Source: Candidatus Xenobia bacterium
Lineage (GTDB): Bacteria > Vulcanimicrobiota > Xenobia > Xenobiales > QWHO01
Direction of reading: 5' to 3'
DNA: 64,000 nt
Assembly: GCA_045863235.1 (NCBI GenBank)
Contig: BTUM01000028.1
Location: 18,117-82,116 of the forward strand
A program made the position numbers and the translations under genes. Below the pieces are notes generated by a model. It was not told the origin of the DNA. It did no database searches and was given only the letters and a program-made list of their open reading frames with translations. Each line of letters begins with the position of its first letter. The stretch's first letter is position 1. Positions 57,520 to 64,000 of the stretch are shown in pieces.

Positions 57520-57551
57520 AGGGTATTGCGGGGCGCTGAAACTTCCTTGAA
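57520..57551 (-). promoter_or_regulatory. Direct-repeat box promoter
   Basis: TTCAA-N6-TTCAG-N10-TACCCT. Confidence 0.6.
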
Positions 57552-57553
57552 AA

Positions 57554-57567
57554 CTGATCTGAATCAG
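57554..57567. promoter_or_regulatory. FNR/CRP-like palindrome
   Basis: CTGAT-N4-ATCAG, about -41.5 from the start predicted by TATCCT at 57589-57594. Confidence 0.55.
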
Positions 57568-57604
57568 GGCAGGGTTGGCTGGCCCTGGTATCCTACTAAG
57601 CACG

Positions 57605-58885
57605 ATGAGTTGGATGGATCGAGCAGTCGAGCCCTCGGAGGTGGTGGCGCCCCTCAAGAGTGGCAATCGCGTTTTCCTTCATGGCGCCTGTGCCACTTCC
57701 ACCCCGCTGATTGAGGCTCTGGCCGCTCGTAGCGACCTTGAGAATGTCAGCCTTTACCACATTCACCTCAACGGTTCTCTCCCCACGGCAGAGCCAGCCA
57801 TGGCCGGCCGTTTCCGCCACGTTTCCCTGTTCACCGGGCACAATCTGCGGAAGGCGAGCGCCGAGGGCAGGGCCGATTTTACGCCCATCTTTCTCTCTGA
57901 TATCCCCTGGCTGTTTCTCAGCGGGAAAGTGGCCCTGGACGCCGCCATCGTGCAGTTGTCTCCCCCCGACCGGCACGGATTCTGCACCCTGGGGCCTTCG
58001 GTGGACTGCGCCCGGGCGGCCGTGGATACCGCCCCTCTGGTGCTGGCCGAGATCAACAACAAGATGCCCCGCACGCACGGCAACAGCTTCGTGCACATCG
58101 ACAAGGTCGCCCGCTTCACGGTCACCGACCGCCCTCTGCTCGAGTTCCCGCCCGACGTCCCGGGCGAGGCCGAACAGGCCATCGCTCGCCAGATCGCCGG
58201 CCTGATCGAGAACGGCTCGACCTTGCAGATGGGTATCGGGGCCATCGCCGAGTCGGTCCTGACCGAGCTCTCCGGGCACTCGGACCTGGGCATCCACACC
58301 GAGCTCTTGCCCGAGGGGGTGGTGAAGCTGGTGGAGGAGGGGGTGGTGACCAACCGGAAAAAGTCGATCGGTGCCGGACGGATCATCACCAGCTTTGCCA
58401 GCGGAACCCGCCGACTGTTTGACTTTCTGGATGACAACCCGCTCGTCGAGTTCCATGGTTGCGACAAGACCAACGACACCCACACCATCCGCCAGCACGA
58501 CCGCATGGTGGCTGTCAACGGAGCGCTGGAAATCGATCTGACGGGCCAGGTCTGCGCTGACTCGATCGGAAGCCAGATCTACAGCGGCATCGGCGGCCAG
58601 ATGGACTTCATCCGCGGGGCCGCACTGGCTCGCGAGGGCAAGCCCATCATCGCCCTGCCGGCCACGGCCAAGAAGGGACAGATGTCCCGCATCGTTCCCG
58701 TGCTGAAACCGGGGGCCGGGGTGGTGACCACCCGCGGGCACGTGCACTGGGTGGTGACCGAGTTCGGGGCCGTCAACCTCCACGGCATGAACCTGCGCGA
58801 GCGGGGCGAGGCGCTGATCGGGCTGGCCCACCCGGATTTTCGAGCCGAGCTGACCCGCGAGCTCAAGGAGCTAAGACACTTCTAG
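57605..58885 (+). CDS. Acetyl-CoA hydrolase/transferase (4-hydroxybutyrate CoA-transferase-like)
   Basis: TLQMGIG, GIHTE, SGIGGQMDFIRGA, VVTEFG, AHPDFR. Confidence 0.92.
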   Translation: MSWMDRAVEPSEVVAPLKSGNRVFLHGACATSTPLIEALAARSDLENVSLYHIHLNGSLPTAEPAMAGRFRHVSLFTGHNLRKASAEGRADFTPIFLSDIPWLFLSGKVALDAAIVQLSPPDRHGFCTLGPSVDCARAAVDTAPLVLAEINNKMPRTHGNSFVHIDKVARFTVTDRPLLEFPPDVPGEAEQAIARQIAGLIENGSTLQMGIGAIAESVLTELSGHSDLGIHTELLPEGVVKLVEEGVVTNRKKSIGAGRIITSFASGTRRLFDFLDDNPLVEFHGCDKTNDTHTIRQHDRMVAVNGALEIDLTGQVCADSIGSQIYSGIGGQMDFIRGAALAREGKPIIALPATAKKGQMSRIVPVLKPGAGVVTTRGHVHWVVTEFGAVNLHGMNLRERGEALIGLAHPDFRAELTRELKELRHF

Positions 58886-58944
58886 GCGCGCGACTGTTGA
58901 AAACGGCGCCTGGTCTTGCCCATAGCGCGCAGTCATTTCTGAGT

Positions 58945-59583
58945 TCAAGGCTTGGGGAGCAGGCCGGCCTGCCAGGCGTGAACTGCGATCTGTGTGCGGC
59001 TCTTGACTCCGAGCTTGGAGAGCAGGCGGCTGACGTGGGTCTTGACCGTGCTCTCCTGGATGGTGAGTGAGTCAGCGATCTGCTGGTTGGAGTGACCGGC
59101 CGCCACCAGCTTCAGGACGTCCATCTCCCGCTCGGTCAGGCCGATATCGTTGGCCTTCGGGTGGGGGCGGATCTCGCGCACGAGGCGCGCGGCTGCCTCG
59201 GGAGACAGCTGCACCCGCCCCTGGGCGGCCGCCTTGATGGAATTGCACAGGTCCAGAGCCTGGGTATCCTTGAGCAGGTAGCCGATGGCCCCGGACTTGA
59301 TGGCCTGCACCACGGAAGCGTCTTCGAGCACGCTGGTGAGCGCAATCACCTCGATCTCGGGCAGACGCTCGCGCATTTCTCCGATGGCGGTCAACCCGTC
59401 CATGACGGGCATCAACAGGTCCATTAGCACGACGTCCGGCTTGAGCTGCTCGGCCTTCTCGAGGGCCTCCTGGCCGTTCCCGGCTTCGCCCACCACCTCC
59501 AGCTCGGGGTCCTGGCTCAAGAGCAATCTCAACCCCTGGCGCACCAGGGCATGATCATCGGTTAGCAGCACGCGGACGGCCAT
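58945..59583 (-). CDS. NarL/LuxR-family response regulator
   Basis: TDDH, LMDLLMP, GYLLKD, LTEREMDVL, TVKTHVS. Confidence 0.93.
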   Translation of the reverse strand: MAVRVLLTDDHALVRQGLRLLLSQDPELEVVGEAGNGQEALEKAEQLKPDVVLMDLLMPVMDGLTAIGEMRERLPEIEVIALTSVLEDASVVQAIKSGAIGYLLKDTQALDLCNSIKAAAQGRVQLSPEAAARLVREIRPHPKANDIGLTEREMDVLKLVAAGHSNQQIADSLTIQESTVKTHVSRLLSKLGVKSRTQIAVHAWQAGLLPKP

Positions 59584-59734
59584 GGCCAAGAGTTCCCCCG
59601 TCCCCCTTCAGCTCCCTCCTCCTTTCGGAGGACACGGATCATCCGTCTCGGGTCGGACCCAAAAGACCTCTCGCGAGGGTCTTCGCCAGGCCGCAGCGCG
59701 ACTATTCTGGAGTCAGAAACGACTGGAGGCCAGC

Positions 59735-60355
59735 ATGAATCTCAGCGACATCCAGGAACTGTGCGAATGGACTCACTCTCGAGCCTGCCCTCCGGGCCAG
59801 ACATTGGTATTCGAGGGCGAGCAGCCTCGCACGATCTACCAGGTCGCGCGCGGAGTCGTCAAGTTGACCCGCTGCTCCACCAACGGGCGCGAGATCATCG
59901 TCGGCCTGGTTTGTCCGGGAGAGTACCTGGACGTGGTGGCCATTCTAGACGGCAGTCCGCACGGCGTGACGGCTTCGGCCCTGGCCGGGAGCGAGGTCGA
60001 GGTGGTCGCGGTATCCCGCGAGCTGGCCCTGCGCTGCACCGATTTGCTTCATTTCTTGGAGAAGGCCGCTCTGCAGGAGTTGAGGGTCCAGCGCGACTGG
60101 ACGGTGGCCATGGCCCTCGAGCGCGTGGAGACGCGCGCGATGCGGGCCCTCACCATGCTTGGCGAGCGCCTGGGCGCGCGCCTCGAGAGGGGTTTTGAGC
60201 TGCCCTTGATGTTGAACCGGCAGGAGTTCGCCGAGTTGATCGGCACCACCACCGAGACTGCCATCCGGGTGCTCAGTATGTTTCGTCGTCGGGGGATTAC
60301 GCTGGAGAGGGGCGGGTGGTTGAATGTTCTCGAGCCCGACGTCAGTCTGGCCTGA
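59735..60355 (+). CDS. Crp/Fnr-family transcriptional regulator
   Basis: cNMP-like domain (GVVKL, GREII); HTH RQEFAELIGTTTETAIR. Confidence 0.9.
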   Translation: MNLSDIQELCEWTHSRACPPGQTLVFEGEQPRTIYQVARGVVKLTRCSTNGREIIVGLVCPGEYLDVVAILDGSPHGVTASALAGSEVEVVAVSRELALRCTDLLHFLEKAALQELRVQRDWTVAMALERVETRAMRALTMLGERLGARLERGFELPLMLNRQEFAELIGTTTETAIRVLSMFRRRGITLERGGWLNVLEPDVSLA

Positions 60356-60356
60356 C

Positions 60357-60680
60357 ATGTCCCGACTACAACCAAAAACGCGCGTGTTGCTGCTGAGCCC
60401 GGATCTGGCCGTGCGCTCCAGCCTGGCCCGCCTGCTCGAGCAAGAGCCGGACCTGGAGGTTTCCGAGAGAGGCGGTGTGGTTGACCCGGACGTTGTCGTC
60501 GTGACCGTCACCGATCCCGATCAGGCGGCCCGGCTTCGCCGACAATATCCCAATAGCCGCATCCTGGGTCAGGTGTCGGTGCTGCGTCCCGAGCTTCGTC
60601 TCAACGGTCACATCGATCGGGTGGTGGACAGCGTGGCTCCTTACGAAGTCTTGCTGAAAGCCATTCGCGAGCTGAGCTAA
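60357..60680 (+). CDS. Degenerate receiver-like small protein
   Basis: RVLLL..D..VR..L..LLEQEPDLEV, PDVVVV, LLKAIR; phospho-Asp not evident. Confidence 0.55.
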   Translation: MSRLQPKTRVLLLSPDLAVRSSLARLLEQEPDLEVSERGGVVDPDVVVVTVTDPDQAARLRRQYPNSRILGQVSVLRPELRLNGHIDRVVDSVAPYEVLLKAIRELS

Positions 60681-60786
60681 TGTGCTCGCACTGTGGTCTG
60701 GCACCTTAGCGCAGCTCGCCGGACCTGTCACCATAGGCCCGGGGCTTCGGCGCCAGGGAGACGAAAGAGGCTTCTCGCGCATTGCT

Positions 60787-62139
60787 CTAATCGTTGCAGA
60801 TGGGCACCTCGGCTCGGACCCGGGTGCCCTTGCCGAGCGTGCTGTCGAGTTGGAACACGCCGCCGATGGCCGCCACCCGCTCGCGCATGGACTGTAAGCC
60901 GACCCGGGTGGGGGCCACCTGGTCTTCCGTAAACCCCTTCCCGTCGTCCTCCACCTCGAGCACCAGCCGCTCGCCCCGGGGCATCACCCGCAGGGTCAGC
61001 TGGCTGGCCTCGGCGTGCTTGATCACGTTGTGCATCGCCTCCATGGCCACCCGGTAGCACTGGTGCTTGTGCTCGATCCGCATCTGGGGCTCGTGGCCCA
61101 GGTCCAGGGTCAGCTGCAGCCGGTAGCGCCGGGCCAGGGCGCGCACCTGGCGAGCCAGGCTACCCGTCAGCCCTTCCGATTCGAGCGACTCGGGTCGAAG
61201 CTCCAGGATGAGAGCCCGCATCTCGGCCAGCCCCGACTCGGCAAGGGAGAGCACGTAGTCGAGGGCTTCTCGAGCCCGGGCCGGGTGATCGATGGCATTC
61301 AGGGCCGCCTGAGTGCCCAGTACGATGCCGAAGAGGGCCTGCGAGACCGAGTCGTGCAACTCGCGCGAGAGGAACTTGCGCTCTTCTTGCATCACCGTCG
61401 TGCGCACTTCTTCCTCACGCTGGGCATATTCGGTCTCGCGCCGGTGGATCTCGATGCGCAGCTCGACCACGTCGGAAATGTCGCGCACGAAGCCGGTGAA
61501 CTGGCGGCGGTCACCCAGCTTGAGCTCGCTGACGGCCAGGTGGGCCGGAAACAGGCTGCCGTCCTTGCGCCTGGCGGTTACCTGGCGCCCGAGCCCGATG
61601 ATGCGTGGCTGGCCGGATTCGAGATAGCGTCGCATGTACATGTCGTGCTCGGCCCGATAAGGGTCGGGCATCAGGATCTTGACGTTCTGACCGAGCAGCT
61701 CCGGGTTGGAATAGCCAAAGAGCTTTTCGGTGGCCAGGTTGGCTGATTGGATGATGCCTCTCTCGTCGATGGTGAGAATGGCGTCCACTGCCATGTCCAG
61801 GATCGTTTGTCCCGCGGTCGCCTGCTCGAGCAACTGGCGACGCATGACTTCGCAATCCGCCGCGGTGCCCAGCACCATGGCCGCCATCGTCACCCGCTCG
61901 CGCAGGACCTCGCTGGTGGCTCCATAGACGCGGATTCGGCCTACCGCCCGGCCTTGCTCGTGAATCTGGTGCTCGAAGGCGCATTCCCCACTGATCCCTC
62001 CCCGGGTGTCGGAGCGTCCTCGGAACTCGATTTCCAAGCCCACTTCAGGATGATCGAAGTGAAGCCGATCCAGCAGTTCGTCGGGGGCAGACTCGATCTC
62101 CATCTCGTGGGTCCAGAGGCGGCGGGCAAGCTCGATCAT
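60787..62139 (-). CDS. FixL-type heme-PAS / HisKA_3 sensor kinase
   Basis: ILMPDPYRAEHDMY..RY..G..RIIG..RRKDGS PAS; RELHDSVSQ; EAMHNVIKHA; DDGKGF. Confidence 0.9.
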   Translation of the reverse strand: MIELARRLWTHEMEIESAPDELLDRLHFDHPEVGLEIEFRGRSDTRGGISGECAFEHQIHEQGRAVGRIRVYGATSEVLRERVTMAAMVLGTAADCEVMRRQLLEQATAGQTILDMAVDAILTIDERGIIQSANLATEKLFGYSNPELLGQNVKILMPDPYRAEHDMYMRRYLESGQPRIIGLGRQVTARRKDGSLFPAHLAVSELKLGDRRQFTGFVRDISDVVELRIEIHRRETEYAQREEEVRTTVMQEERKFLSRELHDSVSQALFGIVLGTQAALNAIDHPARAREALDYVLSLAESGLAEMRALILELRPESLESEGLTGSLARQVRALARRYRLQLTLDLGHEPQMRIEHKHQCYRVAMEAMHNVIKHAEASQLTLRVMPRGERLVLEVEDDGKGFTEDQVAPTRVGLQSMRERVAAIGGVFQLDSTLGKGTRVRAEVPICND

Positions 62140-62184
62140 GGCCGGCCAGTTCTGGGTCTACCTGCTGAAATCTTGCCAGGTTCC

Positions 62185-62289
62185 TCAGGTGAGCCACAGC
62201 CAGCCCAGAAGACCGAGCTTGAGCGCCGTCTTGATGGCCACCAGGGTGAGCAGGTGACGACTCTTCCACCAGGGTGTCTTGGTTTCCAT
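62185..62289 (-). CDS. Putative 34-aa membrane peptide
   Basis: METKTPWWKSRHLLTLVAIKTALKLGLLGWLWLT; TACACT 7 nt before ATG. Confidence 0.4.
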   Translation of the reverse strand: METKTPWWKSRHLLTLVAIKTALKLGLLGWLWLT

Positions 62290-62575
62290 GCAACCGAGTG
62301 TAGCCGGGGGTTGTAAAGAAAATTCCAGGAGCCCTTTGCTGGATGGCAATCGGCAAGATTTGGGCGCTTGCCTGAGAGAGCCAGCCTGAGCGTTTGCGCC
62401 GTTCTTTGCGTGACTTCTGATGGCCTCGCTCAGCATGTTGAGTAGCGCCTCGTCAAAGCGGCATGCCTTCTCGCTTGAGCCGGAAACTGGCTGCTTCTCC
62501 GGTCACCGGTGCGTTGCATACTATCGTGCGCGACTCTTTCCAGGAGATTCCTGGGCTGGTGCCAACATCCGTTTC

Positions 62576-63256
62576 ATGGACGAAAGGCTTCAGCGGCTTC
62601 TGGAGGACGAGCGCTGGGAGGAACTTGGGCGATCAATTCACGCAGAGCTGCCCCAGGGTGATCTCGACGAGTTGCTCTTTTGTCTAATGTTCCACCAACA
62701 ACCTGGCTTGGTTGAACGTCTCCTCGCACTGGGCGCCAACCCCAACCAGCCTGGCTTTTGGGGAGACTGCTTTCCGAACTATACCGCTTTGACCGTGGCG
62801 GAGGCCCCCTCTCTGGTGCGCACCCTCATTGGCGCTGGCGCTCTCGTGAAGGTGGAGTGCTGTGGCGAGGTTCACTCCACGTCGGTTCACGAGGCGTGCG
62901 AGAATGGCCAACTGGAGCGACTGCGAGTCCTGGTCGAGGAGGGCGATGGTGAATTGGCATTTGAGTGCCCTGATTACATAGGCCGGTATCCCTTACATGT
63001 CGCAGCTGCAGAAGGTCGTGCTGAAGTTGTTGGGTACCTCATCGAACGTGGTGTTGATGTGAATGCGATCTGTGAGGAAAAGATTGGTGAGACGGCTGTT
63101 GCATGGGCTCTAATGAACGGTCACGTCGACGTCGCCCGGCTCCTGATTAGGCATGGGGCCGATCCGACACTCGCGATCGGTTTGAACTCTCCTCCAATCC
63201 AACCGGACCGACTCCAAGAATGGCTGGACGCTCCAGAGCTGGACGTGTCAAGTTGA
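62576..63256 (+). CDS. Ankyrin-repeat protein
   Basis: GANPN, PLHVAA..G..EVV.YL...GVDVN, GHVDVARLL..HGADP. Confidence 0.88.
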   Translation: MDERLQRLLEDERWEELGRSIHAELPQGDLDELLFCLMFHQQPGLVERLLALGANPNQPGFWGDCFPNYTALTVAEAPSLVRTLIGAGALVKVECCGEVHSTSVHEACENGQLERLRVLVEEGDGELAFECPDYIGRYPLHVAAAEGRAEVVGYLIERGVDVNAICEEKIGETAVAWALMNGHVDVARLLIRHGADPTLAIGLNSPPIQPDRLQEWLDAPELDVSS

Positions 63257-63478
63257 TGGAATGGCTCCACTGAGACCGATTCACTCGTTTTACGCGAAGC
63301 CGATCACCGATTCACTCTGAAGCTGGTCTCTTGCTCGGCGGCTCCGTGGCGAAATCTGGCGACCCTGAGGGAGTCCTTCAGAACGGAAAAAGAGAAGCGC
63401 CGTGTGCGGAGAGCCCCGCACCACCAGAGCCCCAGCAGACCGACGAGGGCCAGCGAGCCGACTACGTTATCCAGGCCT

Positions 63479-63567
63479 TCCGAGTTCCGGTCCTGGGAGA
63501 TTCTGGCGGCACCGACCCGGCTGAATCCGAAGCTTGAAGAGTAGATCTCCCAGGACCGGAACTCGGA
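63479..63567. repeat. Perfect 23-bp inverted repeat with 43-nt spacer
   Basis: TCCGAGTTCCGGTCCTGGGAGAT (63479-63501) / ATCTCCCAGGACCGGAACTCGGA (63545-63567). Confidence 0.9.
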
Positions 63568-63918
63568 GTTGAACTCGGGTCACTCCGCCAGGATCTCCCA
63601 CTCGCGGCCCTGATTCTTCTCCACAGCTTTCCGCAAAGCCGGCCGGCCCCAGGGCGGCCTCCGCGTCGGATTGCGCCGTAATTATTTTTGGCTGCCTCGG
63701 CAGTCGCTCGTCAGTGAGACCCGGCTCCCGGCACCCACCCCCTGCACGCAGAATCCACCCATCCTGGCCTTCCAGAGGGCATCGAGCGATTTTCCCCTCC
63801 CACACCCCTCAAAAGCCCGGAAAACACACTTCTAACGAGTCGTTTGATTGGCTTGGTTAAGCCATTATTCACCCCTGCTCGATTGGACACGCCAGCCTAT
63901 CCCGGGTATACTTGAATT

Positions 63919-64000
63919 ATGCTCTACGTGCTCGAGCCATCCCCCGCGGTCGAGCCTGGCGCCCTCGAGGTGCCGGACCGGCAGACCATGCGCGGCATCG
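63919..64000 (+). CDS. 5' end of a probable leaderless gene running out of the window
   Basis: TGGACA-N17-TATACT-N6-ATG; frame open to window end. Confidence 0.45.
   Translation, partial: MLYVLEPSPAVEPGALEVPDRQTMRGI

Noticed and set aside
63257..63900. IS or CRISPR remnant
   Set aside because: No transposase similarity, terminal repeats with target duplication, or regularly spaced direct repeats seen

Overview
High-GC bacterial chromosomal window (~60 genes, many with overlapping start/stop codons and many apparently leaderless); no rRNA, tRNA, CRISPR array or intact mobile element was recognised. Recognisable genes include a DAACS symporter, a MoxR/VWA pair, an MFS and a yhhQ-like queuosine-precursor transporter, two non-canonical Hsp70 loci, a solo dnaE2, an AAA/DUF4143 ATPase, a Uma2 nuclease, a receptor-topology Ser/Thr kinase coupled to minor pilins, NDH-2, bdhA, a CarF/FAD4-type desaturase, a ferritin-like + P460/multiheme cytochrome operon, two two-component systems (one with a FixL-type heme PAS) and a Crp/Fnr regulator. 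The best candidate for an undescribed system is a dispersed regulon. Five scattered genes (starts 37676-, 43068+, 48111-, 53307+, 57466-) share a promoter of TCA(G/A/C) direct repeats at 11-bp period, 10-11 bp before a TAnnnT -10. Their products lack Sec signals, and three end in the same ungapped 18-residue C-terminal motif, suggesting co-regulated substrates of a non-Sec export or sorting route. All product calls come from motif recognition by eye; no database searches were run.
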